A stretch of DNA of 64,000 bases, taken from Octopus bimaculoides. Lineage: Eukaryota. The stretch spans positions 47,738,610 to 47,802,609 of the forward strand of contig NC_068992.1 of the NCBI RefSeq assembly GCF_001194135.2, written 5' to 3'. This document shows positions 29,402-43,000 of this stretch, piece by piece (the first letter of the stretch is position 1; each line of letters starts with the position of its first letter). Below the pieces are notes generated by a model. That model made no database searches, was not told where the DNA came from, and saw only the letters and a program-made list of their open reading frames with translations. A program made the position numbers and the translations under genes.

Positions 29402-30368
29402 CCTTATTTCTTTATTGCCCACAAGGGGCTAAACATAGAGGGGACAAACAAGGACAGAGAAAGGGATTAAGTCGATTACATCGACCCCAGTGCGTAACTA
29501 GTACTTAAAATATATCAACCCCAAAAGAATGAAAGGCAAAGTTGACCTCAGCGGAATTTGAACTCAGAACGTAACGGCAGACAAAATGCCACTAAGAATT
29601 TCACCCGGCGTGCTAACGTTTCTGCCAGCTCGCCGCCTCAGTTTCTTTTAGTTTCTATCTATTTATTCACAAAGCTTCAATCAGCCCAGGGCTTTTGGGA
29701 AAGACATTTTGAGGAAGTGGGCACCAGTCGATTATATTGACCCCAGTGCTCAGCTGGTACTTAATTTATCAAAGGATGACAGGTAAAATCAACCACAACA
29801 GAATTTGAACTGAGAATGTGAAATTGGAGAAAATGCAGCTAAGCTTTTTGTCTGGTGAGCTAACTATTTGGCCAGTTTGCAATAATAACAATAATGATGA
29901 TGATGATAATAATAATAATAATAATAATCCTTTCTACTATAGGTAGAAGGCCTGAAACTTAGGTGAAGTGGCTAGTCAATTTCATAGATCCCAGTGTGTA
30001 ACTGGTTCTTAGATCATCAACTCTGAAAGGATGAAAGGTAAATCAACCTCGGTGGAATTTGAACTCAGAATGTAAAGATCGATGAAATGCTACCTAGCAT
30101 GCTAACAATTCTACCAGCTCACCACCTTAAAAATAATAATAATTATTATTATTATCATTATTATGGTTTCAACTTTTGGCACAATGCCAGCAGTTTTTGA
30201 GAGGAAGGCAGCAAACTGAATACAAATACGTTAGTACTCAAATGATGCTTAATTTATCAACGCTGATAGGATGAAAGTTAAAGTCAATCATATTGGAATT
30301 TGAATTCAGAATGTGAAGAAGGACAAAATACTGTTTTTTGTCCAGCATGCTAACAATTCTGCCAGTTC
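29402..30368 (-). mobile_element. Four head-to-tail family A SINE copies (minus strand)
   Basis: Recurrent gaaaggcaaagttgacc...ggaatttgaactcagaa...ctgccagctc blocks separated by (AAT)n. Confidence 0.8.
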
Positions 30369-30543
30369 ACAACAACAACAACAACTACAATAATAATAAT
30401 AATGATAACAACAACAACAACAACAATAATAATTTCTTGTTGAAGTATGAAGGCTGAGATTTTCATTATAGATACATACTTTTCTCAAGGTAACCATGAT
30501 AATTACAGCACCAACAAAAATTATATATAATAACAAAAATGAA

Positions 30544-30586
<43 letters not shown>

Positions 30587-30872
30587 GCAACATCAACAAT
30601 ATTTATAATGATGAAAGCAATATTGATGACATTGATAACTGCAACAACAATAACAACATCAATATCAGCAATGATGATAAAGAACAAAAATAAAATTGGA
30701 AAATAAGAATAACACTAAAAACAATGACATGAAGATAAAAAAGCAACAACAGCAATAATAATAATAATAATAGTAATAATAATAATAATAAAATTAATGA
30801 TGATTTCTGGCATCATAATTATTATTAATGATAACAGCAATGACAATAATAATAATCTTCACCTGAATATTA

Positions 30873-30914
<42 letters not shown>

Positions 30915-31558
30915 CAAAGAAAAAAAAATTAATGAAGCAAAACAAATAAATAAAGCAAAAGGTGTGAAAAGAAAGAAAAGATAACATTATTAAAAGCTCT
31001 TCCTCATCCTCATCAACCTCCTTCTCCTAATCATCATCATTCTTATTTTCAAACTAAGAAATGAAAATATCTATTATATTAATTACAAATAATGATTAAA
31101 AAACACAAAGTTGAACAAAATAAAATGAAATATACTTAAAATAAAAATTCATGGAAAAAATCAATTAAACATAATTATAAAAACATATATATACTTAAAC
31201 TTTAGCACATTGCATTTTCTCCAGCACCGTTTCCCCTGCCACTGCCCTATTAATACAGGGGAAAAAACTCATATGGTGACATGACGCACCTACAGTGTGC
31301 TAAAGGCTAAAGAAAGAAAGATACATAAAAGAAAAATCTAAAACAAAGAATAAAAAATAAATGCAGAAAATGCACCCCCTCCCCCATTTCATGATGTCCA
31401 CCACTACCCTGCTGTCTTGTCAATACCAATGAATAAATAAATAAATAAATAAATAAATAAGTAAATTAATATATAAATAAAGTAAAGCCATTCTGAAAAT
31501 TTTTTAATAATAGTAATAATGATGAAGAAAATAGTTTAAAATGTAAGGAAAGACTTAC

Positions 31559-31849
31559 CATTGAGTACATGCACTTTGATGCTAGTTATCTCCAGATTCG
31601 AGCTACGACATACATATTCACCAGCATCGGACATTTTACTGTGAGTTATATTCAGAACACTGCTCAGTGTGTTTGCGTGAGGAAAGTGGCGTTTATCGAT
31701 TTTGATCTTTTTCGCAGAATCGGCATTAATTTTGTTGCCATCTTTGAACCAGTCGAGATCCAGTGGAGGATATTCTGAGCCAGTTGTATTGCATACAAGT
31801 TTGATGGGATCTCCTTTCTCGATGTATGATTTACCAGAAACCTGGATGC
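31559..31849 (-). CDS. Internal exon of the same Dpr/ZIG-8-like gene: complete Ig2 domain (GIQVSGKSYIEKGDPIKLVCNTTGSEYPPLDLDWFKDGNK...SVLNITHSKMSDAGEYVCRSSNLEITSIKVHVLN)
   Basis: Acceptor tcttgttgtag|GCATC and donor AATG|gtaagt; 291 nt, phase 1-1, in frame with the 43946-44156 exon. Both Ig cysteines, WFKDG and DAGEYVC are present. Confidence 0.92.
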
Positions 31850-31907
31850 CTACAACAAGATGTAATAACAATAATGATAATAGTAATAGCAATAATAATA
31901 ATAATAA

Positions 31908-32442
31908 TATGGAATAACGACAGAAAAAAGATGGTATAAACACACGCCAGAAAAGGTCACAGAAAACGAGAAAGCAACAATACTCTGGGATATGCCAATA
32001 CACACAGATAGAGAAATTAAGGCAAATAGACCAGATATAGTTGTCAAAGATCATGAAGAAAAAAAATGCTTTCTAATTGATGTATCAATACCAGCAGATG
32101 ACAATGTTTCCCTAAAAGAAATGGAAAAACTTTCAAAATACAAAGACCTGGAAATAGAGGTAACTCGAATATGGAATCTAAAAACAGAAACAATTCCTAT
32201 CATAGTAGGTGCCTTAGGTATAATAAAAAGATATTCAGACAAATACATAACAAAAACACCAGGGCTTACAAATATATATAACACAGAAAATTGCACTACT
32301 GGGCACTGCACACATCCTACGCAAAACACTTTCAATACAGTAACCATAAGAGCATCACAGCAAACCACAGCACATACCCAAGGCACACAGAGCTGCGCTC
32401 AGTAGTGAAGTGAAAGCACGTTATAAAAATAAAACTACTGAA
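31908..32442 (+). mobile_element. 5'-truncated R4/Dong-like non-LTR retrotransposon: RLE endonuclease domain plus 3' UTR
   Basis: Translates YGITTEKRWYKHTPEKVTENEKATILWDMPIHTDREIKANRPDIVVKDHEEKKCFLIDVSIPADDNVSLKEMEKLSKYKDLEIEV...IPIIVGALGII, the PD..D..EK.KY RLE motif. (AAT)n on both flanks. A 2-nt deletion near 32283 relative to the second copy shifts the frame. Confidence 0.88.
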
Positions 32443-32459
32443 CAATAATAATAATAATA

Positions 32460-32840
32460 ATCTCAAATTTTAGCCCAAGGCTAGCAATTTTAGGGGAGGG
32501 ATAAGTAAAATTACATCAACACCAGCGTTCAACTGGTACTTATTTTATCAACAGAATTTTAACTCAGGATATAAAGACAGATGAAATACCACTAGGTATT
32601 TTGCCCAACATACTAGCAATTTAGCCAGCTTGTCACCTTAATAACAAACATTTCAAATTTTGGCACAAAGCTAGCAATTTCAGGGGAGGGATAAGTCGAT
32701 TCCGTCGACCCCAGTGTTCAACTGACACTTACTTTATCAACCCCGAAAGGGCAGATGTCTTCTACTATAGCCTAGGGCTGACAAAAGCCTTGTGGATGGA
32801 TTTAGTAGATGGAAACTGAAAGAAGTTTGTTGTATATATG

Positions 32841-32895
<55 letters not shown>

Positions 32896-33724
32896 ATATG
32901 TTTGTGCGTCTGTGTTTGTCTCCCAACATCGCTTGGCAACCGATGCTGGTGTGTTTACGTCCCCTGTAACTTAGCAGTTCGGCAAAAGTGACCGATAGAA
33001 TAAATACTAGGCTTACAAAGAATAAGTCCTTGGGTCGATTTCTTCGACTAAACGTGGTGCTCCAGCAAGGCCACAGTCAAATGACTGAAACAAGTGAAGG
33101 AGAGAGAGAGTTAAAAGAGAAACTCTAAGATCATACATTTTTGCAATTCTATATTATACAGAGTGGATACCAAAGAAATTGGAAAACTTCAGAAATATCA
33201 GAACCGAGCCAGAGATTATGGAAAACAAAAATAACAATGGTTCCTACGATAGTTGGTACACTTGGCACAACACCCAAACTGCTTCCTAAGAGACTGAAAG
33301 AAATTGGAATTGAGACTAGTATTGACAACCTACAGAAAAATACCAGCATTCTGCAAATATGTTAAGAAAGATTCTTGAGATGTGAGAATAGTTGTCACCA
33401 AATCCCCAGACAGCATCCCTGCTAACTAAAGTAGCTTTATAATAATAATAATATTAATAATAATAATAATAATAATAGTAGTAGTAGTAATAATAATCCT
33501 TTCTACTATAGGCACAAGGTCTGAAATTTGGTGGAAGGGAGCCAGTTGATTAGATCAACCCTGGTATGTAATTGGTACTTAATTTATTGACTCCAAAAGG
33601 ATGAAAGGCAAAGTTGACCTCAGTGGAATTTGAACTCAGAACGTAAAGATGGGAAAAATGCCACTAAGCATTATACCCAGAATGCTAACAATTCTACCAG
33701 TTTGCCACCTGAATAATAATAATG

Positions 33725-33773
<49 letters not shown>

Positions 33774-33985
33774 TGATGATAATAATAATCCTTTTTATTA
33801 TAAGCACAAAACCTTAAATATTTGGGGAGGCTGCTAGTTGAGTACATCAACCCCAGTACTTCAATGTTATTTATTTTATCATTACCAAAAGGATGGAAAG
33901 CAAAGTCAACTTTGGCAGAATTTGAACTTGAAATGTAAAGCCAGAAGAAATGCTGGAAAGCACTTTTTCCGGCATGCTAACAATG
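32460..33985 (-). mobile_element. Nested SINE cluster: family A copies (-) at 32460-32750, 33497-33710 and 33790-33985, around a CORE-type SINE (+) at 32755-33110
   Basis: Same diagnostic motifs as the other copies of each family. Confidence 0.7.
33162..33440 (+). mobile_element. Degenerate 3' end of a different R4/Dong-like subfamily
   Basis: KEIGKLQKYQ...RLWKTKITMVPTIVGTLGTTPKLLPKRLKEIGIETSIDNLQK aligns to the RLE C-terminus; followed by an (AAT)n tail. Confidence 0.7.
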
Positions 33986-34603
33986 AATAATAATAATAAT
34001 GGTAAAGTGTCTATCTGTAGATTGTATACAATCTGGCTAGAATATGTGATGAGGACAACACTGAAAATGATGCAGTCCCTTTAAATGAAGATTGCATTTC
34101 TTAGATAAACAGATGCTCTCCTTGCCTCTGTTTATCTACATCTATTTATTTATTTTCCTGTCTCCCAGTAGTTTGAACTAACGTCCCCCCCCCACCCCAC
34201 CAGTTTGACCTCTATGGCACCAACAACACTCATTTGGGGACCTGCTGCTACTTGCAGTGCTCCAGCATGGGCTGCAGTCTAATGACTGAAACAAGTTAAA
34301 GATGAAGGATAAAAAAAATTCATACATACATACATACATGAAGGAGTGCTGCAAAGTTCCTGGTTTTAGGTAAAAGAAAATACAGGTGGGACAGATAATT
34401 ATGATTTTATTCAAAATATTCTCCTCCCAGATTCACATACCTATTGCAATGGTTCTTCAGTTTTTCAAAGCGCTATAAAAGAACTTGGAAGGCTGGGCCT
34501 CCAACCAGGCCTTTTGCAATATCCTTAATGCAAAAATATTTTCAGCAGCCCCTCATATATACAGATACAAAGACATGCACATATATTCACACACGCACAC
34601 ATG

Positions 34604-34639
<36 letters not shown>

Positions 34640-35069
34640 TACACTCACAATACACGTCTTCATGTGTACTTACTTGGTTTAGTTTTTTCCCTCACTGGGT
34701 TATCTGTAAAAGAAAGCAAAATAATGGAGTTCTGTGAGAATGAGTAGAAGGCGAAGAAGAAGAAGAAGAAAAGTACAAAGTAACTGAATCAACCATTGGC
34801 ATAAAATCACAGTCGCATAAAATAGCTGAAGGGAAATAATTGATACAAAAACAGAAATAATTGATAAAAATGGCAAAATGTTTTGGCCCAAAGGATTTCA
34901 GATGGGCAAAATATGCAGAAAATGGTTTCTATAATTCAAAGAATCAAAGTACATGACATTGTTTAACTCTTTCGTTCTTTTTCTTTTTTTCTTTTGCTGC
35001 AGAACCATTATTGTTTTAAAGGTTAAATGTAAATGTAATTCAATTTCCTTTGTTGATTTAGGCATGCAT

Positions 35070-35268
35070 ATAACCATATTATACATATATACACATACAT
35101 ATATAAATATATTTATATATATATATACAAATATATATGTTTATATACATATATAAATATATTTATATATATATATACAAATATATATGTTTATATATAT
35201 ATATATAATATATACAAATATATATGTTCATATATATATATATAATATATACAAATATATATATATAT
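35070..35268. repeat. TA-rich satellite with an ~50-bp duplicated unit running into an N gap
   Basis: atacatatataaatatatttatatatatatatacaaatatatatgttt is repeated. Confidence 0.8.
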
Positions 35269-36069
35269 NNNNNNNNNNNNNNNNNNNNNNNNNNNNNNNN
35301 NNNNNNNNNNNNNNNNNNNNNNNNNNNNNNNNNNNNNNNNNNNNNNNNNNNNNNNNNNNNNNNNNNNNNNNNNNNNNNNNNNNNNNNNNNNNNNNNNNNN
35401 NNNNNNNNNNNNNNNNNNNNNNNNNNNNNNNNNNNNNNNNNNNNNNNNNNNNNNNNNNNNNNNNNNNNNNNNNNNNNNNNNNNNNNNNNNNNNNNNNNNN
35501 NNNNNNNNNNNNNNNNNNNNNNNNNNNNNNNNNNNNNNNNNNNNNNNNNNNNNNNNNNNNNNNNNNNNNNNNNNNNNNNNNNNNNNNNNNNNNNNNNNNN
35601 NNNNNNNNNNNNNNNNNNNNNNNNNNNNNNNNNNNNNNNNNNNNNNNNNNNNNNNNNNNNNNNNNNNNNNNNNNNNNNNNNNNNNNNNNNNNNNNNNNNN
35701 NNNNNNNNNNNNNNNNNNNNNNNNNNNNNNNNNNNNNNNNNNNNNNNNNNNNNNNNNNNNNNNNNNNNNNNNNNNNNNNNNNNNNNNNNNNNNNNNNNNN
35801 NNNNNNNNNNNNNNNNNNNNNNNNNNNNNNNNNNNNNNNNNNNNNNNNNNNNNNNNNNNNNNNNNNNNNNNNNNNNNNNNNNNNNNNNNNNNNNNNNNNN
35901 NNNNNNNNNNNNNNNNNNNNNNNNNNNNNNNNNNNNNNNNNNNNNNNNNNNNNNNNNNNNNNNNNNNNNNNNNNNNNNNNNNNNNNNNNNNNNNNNNNNN
36001 NNNNNNNNNNNNNNNNNNNNNNNNNNNNNNNNNNNNNNNNNNNNNNNNNNNNNNNNNNNNNNNNNNNNN
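35269..36069. other. Assembly gap (N). Others at 8311-8590, 19406-19415, 26805-27002, 37096-37292, 52718-52859, ~53636-53859 and 56218-56905
   Basis: N runs, mostly bordered by microsatellites or homopolymers. Confidence 0.98.
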
Positions 36070-37095
36070 AATAATAACCAAAGTACAGAAAACACACAAG
36101 CCACATAGAGAACATTTTCCTTCATCAGCTACCCCCGTTTTAACACCGGCGTTTCGAAGAGCTGGGCAGGACGCATCGTTAAAATGGTTCTTCCCATGGA
36201 CCGCAAATTAAATTTGTATACAAAAATTAAACCTGTGCCATGGAAGAATGTAGTGGCGGACAAAAAACAAGACAGGAAAACAAACGGAAAAGGCTTTGTG
36301 GCCAGACGTGGAAAATTATGTGTATATGAACGCTGTGAGGCATGAACTGAAAGCCGGGACGAAGTAAGTTCGCGTGCTTGCTCGGCGACAGCCAAGGAAG
36401 AAAAGGATTAGTGACTGGAAGCATGTGACCAGGGTAAGGAAGAGAGAGAGTGGTAGAGGTAGAAACAAGGGGAGGAAGTAGAAGAATAGGTGAGCAACGA
36501 GAGAGAGAGAGAGAGAGGAAGAGAGAAATATAGTAGTGACAGAAGGAAGAACGAGAGGGGAAAGAGAGATACGTAGTAGTCACAGAGGAAGAACGAGAGG
36601 GGGAAAAAGTGAAAGAGAAAGAGATAGAGTCGCGTCAGAAAATATAAAGTTGAAAAAACTACTTACAACAGGAATGACGCAGGCATTCGGTCATGTTAAA
36701 CAAATAATAAATGAGTATATGCATATATACGTACAGGTATGTGCATACCTACGTCTACCTGTACATATAGGTGCATATCTGGGTACAGGACATTGCAAAC
36801 AAAACGTAGACAAGAAAATAATAATAACCAGAGTACAGAAAACACACAAGCCACATAGAGAACATTTTCCTTCATCAGCTACCCCAATTTTAACACCAGC
36901 GTTTCGAAGAGCTGGGCAGGACGCATCGTTAAAATGGTTCTTCCCATGGACCGCAAATTAAATTTGTATACATAAATTAGTGGTAGAGGTAGAAACAAGG
37001 GGAGGAAGTAGAAGAATAGGTGAGCAACGAGAGAGAGAGAGAGAGAGGAAGAGAGAAATATAGTAGTGACAGAAGGAAGAACGAGAGGGGTAAAG
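36070..37095. repeat. CpG-rich ~750-bp repeat unit in partial tandem, between two N gaps
   Basis: ataataacc(a)agtacagaaaacacacaagcc... recurs at ~36070 and ~36820; the GA-rich block recurs at ~36450 and ~36980. An inverted, more diverged copy lies at ~46090-46535. Confidence 0.8.
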
Positions 37096-39988
37096 NNNNN
37101 NNNNNNNNNNNNNNNNNNNNNNNNNNNNNNNNNNNNNNNNNNNNNNNNNNNNNNNNNNNNNNNNNNNNNNNNNNNNNNNNNNNNNNNNNNNNNNNNNNNN
37201 NNNNNNNNNNNNNNNNNNNNNNNNNNNNNNNNNNNNNNNNNNNNNNNNNNNNNNNNNNNNNNNNNNNNNNNNNNNNNNNNNNNNNNNNNNNNTATATATA
37301 TATATATATGTATATATATATGAATATTAATTTTAAATAAAAATACTCTCTAACTGGTAAATTAGCTGCTGAAATTTATTAACTGCAGAGTTATTTCTAG
37401 CTTCAGCGTGCCAAAATGAAGACATTTGAAAAATACACCCAAATATAATTTGTAGAACTTTATACATGCTCTATTTCGTTTGAGAGTTCTGTATCTAGTT
37501 CTGGAAATTTGCGTTTTGTAAGCGACAGACCATACTGACGATCTTGCAGATATTTGCGTATTTACATTTCATTCAGGGTTGCCCCTCTCAGGTAAATCTC
37601 GACAAGAGTCAACAAACTCAAAACATCGATGTTTCATATTCCAGAGTGAGGTCAACACCGAACGAATGGGGTGTTTTCACACCTTCTTACCATAAGAGAG
37701 AATTTTTCTCCATGGTAACTTCAGTGTATCTGCCTTTAGTAGTTGAAATATGTGACAAACATTTTTCAACTGACCTAAATTGTGATTATACGTAAACACT
37801 GCTTAGCGCATTTACTCTGATATATATACATATGTATATGTATATATATACACACACAGACACTGATATGTAAAAATTCGACACACATACGCCTGCATGT
37901 CTATATATTCATATATGTCTGATCAAATGAACAAGTCAGCAAATGTGTTACTAAAGACAAAAGTTTAAAAAATGAATAACAGAGTAATGAATAAATGGTG
38001 CAAAGTTCATTACAGGAGCAGAACAAAAGTATAAGAAATATATATATATACATCATCATCATCATTGTTTAACGTCCACTTTACATGCTAGCATGGGTTG
38101 GACGATTTGACTGAGGACTGGTGAACCAGATGGCTACACCAGGTTCCAATCTGATTTGGCAGAGTTTCTACAGCTGGATGCCCTTCCTAACACCAACCAC
38201 TCCGAGGGTGTAGTGGGTGCTTTTACATGCCACCGGCACGAAGGCCAGTCAGGCGGTACTGGTAACATACATATATAACAATACATGTAAGAATTTGGGA
38301 CAATACTTCCTCTGTTCATGAGTGATGATACTATAAAATGCAATACTTAGAAATGGTAGCAGTTTATGCTTTGTTATGTGTAGCCTACATCTATGTTGTT
38401 GGGGGTTGACATATAAATGTTGATGCCAGAAGGCTTGTGGAGTCAGAACTGGAGCCAGATGCAATTATTGGATTAGTTGAGTCAGAATCAAAACATCTTT
38501 ACTGACTCTGACTCAATTTAAAATAGAAATATAATGCAAGAAGATTTCAGATTCTACAGATATTATTTTGAGTCTTTTCTCTGCTAAAAACAATCAAATC
38601 AGATTTAAAGGTTTCTATGGGAGTGGATCAGGTAGAGCCAATTCTGTTTCAACAAGAAAAAAGAAAAAAGAAAAGAAAAAAAAAGAAAACAAGATGTTAG
38701 TAAATTCTGGATCTGGATTTTTTTTTATTTAACCCCTACTGTATAGATAGAGCGTTTCTGTAATAAATTTTGGAGCGATAAACTTTTCAATGTTTTACAA
38801 TATAATTTTTTTAATGTCCTTGAGTGTAATCTTTCATAATACATTCACTTAAATTTTATATTCCAACATTGCTTTAATCTCAGAAAGGAAGGGTTATGAT
38901 CTAATTGAGTTTATTTCTTTTTAAAATGGCCATTTGTTTAAGTGGCTTTAAGTGTTCAATGTTTTTTTGTTTTAACTTTGATGTACTTTAGATTTTTGAA
39001 ACAGTGAAGATTGTATTTTGTAGTGTTTTTAAAGTTTATTTCTTTTATATCTTTTTACTTTATTGCCATTTAATGAAAACAGCCTCTTCATTTTAATTTT
39101 AATTTTAAAGGGTTTGCCTTGCACTTAACTGTTTGTAACGACTTTAATAAATAAAATATAAAGGCCACAACTGTATAGCCTTAACCTTTACATATAAGTC
39201 TTGATAGGCTGTAATGCTAAAAAGTACCCAGATCGTTCACATTGGTCATTTATGTTGTGTGTTTTTAATAAACATAAGAAATATGTAATTAGTTTAACTA
39301 CAAATAGAGGAGTTGGACTCGAAGTCAATCATACTGTAAATAGAAGGGTCAGCGTCGGAGACAAATGTTTTCTGTTCCGACTCCTAAGCCCTGAATGCAA
39401 TGTTAAATGAATTCATATTTGATTGCATGGCAGCTTATAAAGACACTGTGTAGCTGTAACCTCAAGTAGGGGTCTACTGTGATGTCATGTTCATCCCTTT
39501 AGCATTTAAACTACCCATATCAGGCCCAAATATTCTATCTGTTTTATATTCAAACCAGCCACATTTAGCCTCAGAAACCTACTCTGCAATGTCATTCTGA
39601 AAATAAACAACCACAGTATCAACATTTTGAAGTTATGAGATAATGCATGATTAATTCAAAACAGAGTGAATGAATAATTACTACATGCAAAAGAGTAATT
39701 TGAATATTAAAGAGTTAAAGATCACAACAGTTTGCTTCATCGCATTGTAAGAGGATACTGCACCTCTCCTCCAACTTCTACTCTCACCAATATTCAACCC
39801 TCGAAAAACCGAGTCTCACCTGACCTACACTCTTGTTATACTCAAGTGAACTAGCCAACCACTTTACACTGAGCAACAAAACCCTAACCTTACCACATGG
39901 TTCTGCAGCATCTGTAGATACATTCCCCCCAAATAAATTCTGCCTGATCCATGCAGCACGGAAAAAGTGGATGCTTAAAAAGAAACAT

Positions 39989-40025
<37 letters not shown>

Positions 40026-43000
40026 CCAGGAGTTACCTGCTCCAGGTAACATGGTAAGACCACTTACATTAAAGTAGTCAAAGGATAAATACTAAGTGTG
40101 AACATGTATTAAAACAGTGAATCTACTAAAAGGCATTTTATTGAACTCACTGTTTTAATAAAAGATGCATATACATATATATACACACATATATACACGT
40201 GTGTGTGTGTGTGTGTTTATTTATGCATATATACTATAAGGTTTTCCATTAGGCCAAATAAATAAATACAGCATATTTCACTGTACATTCTTCCTATGTT
40301 ATGCAGTCGAGATATTCTCTGACTATTGATACATAACTTATTATCCCCCCCCCCTTGTATTGTTACATCAGAATTCCCAGTATTTAGGCCAGTTATTTGC
40401 TTTTAATCAGTGTACAGTTGAATGAATGCTTGGAGGAATTATATTTGACTTGGCTACAGAATGGAATCGCAACCAAACCAAATAATAATAATAATAATAA
40501 TAGTAATAATAATAATGACAACAAAAACTGTAAAAAGTAATGATACTTAATAATATTATCAATAATGTAAATGATATTAACTAAAATGAAATGGAAATAT
40601 TACTAATAAAAATGATATCAGTATTAATAATAACAATTAATAATATATAAAAACTATAATATTAAGTATATTATTAAAAATAATAATGATAATAATAACA
40701 ACAATAACAAACGAATAGAATCAGTTATGTTGTAGTAATATTCTTTGTGCGTGATATGAGAATTGATCATCAGTAACAATTCGTAAACACCACTCTTTCA
40801 CTCTTACCACCAACACCAACATCTTGTTGAAACAAAACAAAAATAATGAGGCATTGCTGTGCTCACACATGAGATAATTACAATTTATATGAATAAATAT
40901 AATTACATAATGCAAAAATACATTATGCAGATATCATATTCACTGCTGGGATCTTCATTATTTTCTCATGTTCTGAGGTTCACAATATATGTGAACTAAT
41001 ATTTCCCTGGGTGGATGGATGACACTGATGTCGTCTATCACCATCATCATTATTTTATGCCTGTTTCTAAACTGGCAGGAGTTTGATGGCTTGTTGCTGC
41101 ACTTGTAGATCGGTCGGTAGACCACATGTCACTCAAAAATTTCTTGTTGGCTTAGTTTCAATAGCTGATATTCTTCCAAACACTGACCATTTTGCAGAGA
41201 GTATTGTTTTGTTTTTTTTTGTTTTTTGTTTTTTATGGCTGGCACTAAGATGGTTGTTGTACCTTTGGCAAGTCTAAAAGGAAACATCTTGACCCCCACA
41301 CTCAAATGAATTGCCCTGGGTATAATGCAGCTCTTTTTCCCCTCTCCTCACCACCACACACACCCAGCAAGGTAAATATAAAGAAAATAATGTGAAAATA
41401 TCACACTAAAGAAGGGAGTACCAAAGCAAATCATCTGATATCTAGTACTCCACTCTTAGATGCATAGACTTCATTCAGAAGGTGACTATAGCTTGAACTA
41501 TTGTTGAAGGTCAAAGTCAAAGTGTGACATAAACCACAATGTTGATTTTGTTGTTGCCCCTGTTTAACATCAAACCAACTGATTGAGCACACCTATGAAC
41601 ATAGACATTCAAGCTATGACCATCCTACCTTTTACTTATGAGCAGGGAACCCAGGGTTGTGATTTCAGGGAGATTTTCTAGCAGGTCAAGTGACCTTGCA
41701 GAGACTCCCACATTGGCTTGATTAGTAGTAATGAGGGTCAGTTCTTTTAACTAACTCTACTCTTTCTTTACGAATCTGTAGCTATGTGCTAACGAGGCAA
41801 ATGAAGAAGGCAATAAGAAGGGCTGTAGCATTCAAATAGCTAAGTGACGATTAGGCAGGGGGTCTGTGTTCAAATCTTAAAACAACTAACTGTGCTCTTC
41901 ATCCCACTGGGGGTCAATACGATAAGTAATGGTTCAGAGAAAAAGAGGTTTGGTAATTAAAGAGATTAAATCCCACCTGCTAATCCCCACTTCTAAATTT
42001 GGGGCCATATGCTATTGTGAGCAATCACTAACTATAATCATCCCTGTTACATTGCTGAAAATTTGGTCTTTTGATCCTGTTGGTATCATTATTCCAGTTT
42101 ATAACCTCTGATAATTCTCCTCCAGGTAATAATTTCAAATGCATGTTTTTCATTTGTTTGTTAGTTTATTTTTTTTTAGTTTTGTTTAGATTTCTGTTGC
42201 TTCTTTTCTTTTTGCTTTGTTTTTCTGTTGCTTCTTTTCTTTTTCTTACAGGGGAAGCATCTCCTAGATGATGAAGGAAGATGATATGAATGAAATATGA
42301 GAAATATCTCCAGGAAATGATGCTAAGATGAGGGAGAGAAGAGTCTGAAGAGCAGTTAAAGGACATAAAATAATATAAAGTACACAGATGCTGATGGTGG
42401 TGGTAATGATGATATTGATGTTGAGGATGATGATGATGACAAGCATAAGAGGAAGGAGAAGATGATGAAGACTGCAGTAATATGATGATAACGATAATGA
42501 TGATAGTAGAATAATGAATATGATGATAATGGTAAAATGAAAGTGATGATGATGATGTAAATGGTAAAATGGAGAAACTAATGAAGTTAGTACTATGCTG
42601 AAGGAGATAATGAGATGCTGATGATTCCAACAAGAATAAAGTAAAAGGCAAAAAACAAAATGTGAGGAGAAACAGAAACATGAATGGAAATGATAACAAA
42701 AATGACAAAAACAAAGATAAGAATTTAACCCTTAAGGGAAAGTTTCTATTGATGTTTCTCCAGTGAAGAAAATAAAACCATTTTTACAAGCCAAAAGAAT
42801 GCTGTTTTATAAAATTCTTTAAAAAAAAATTATAACTGAATCTCAATAGACATAGAAAAATATATATTCTTGAATAAATCAGCATTTCTGTCTTCTGTAG
42901 CACAAGCAGTACCCAGCAAATAGATCAGCGCAACTAACACTTTAACGTTTTGCTAATAACTTGACTAAGACTATTCCTGGTTCAGTGATATGAAAGAAAT

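Noticed and set aside
31992-32405. 137-aa plus-strand ORF as a host gene
   Set aside because: It is the RLE domain of a truncated retrotransposon, and its C-terminal part is out of frame.
35163-36125. Long ORFs (250-330 aa) here and at 55948-56952, 8252-8641, 52393-53057 and 53603-54055
   Set aside because: They are artefacts of N gaps translated as X.
36110-36160. Minus-strand GAAAC...CTGATGA resembling a type II hammerhead
   Set aside because: Stem I cannot form (A opposite G, no helix) and stem II has at most three pairs; the motif is not preserved in the 46.3-kb copy.
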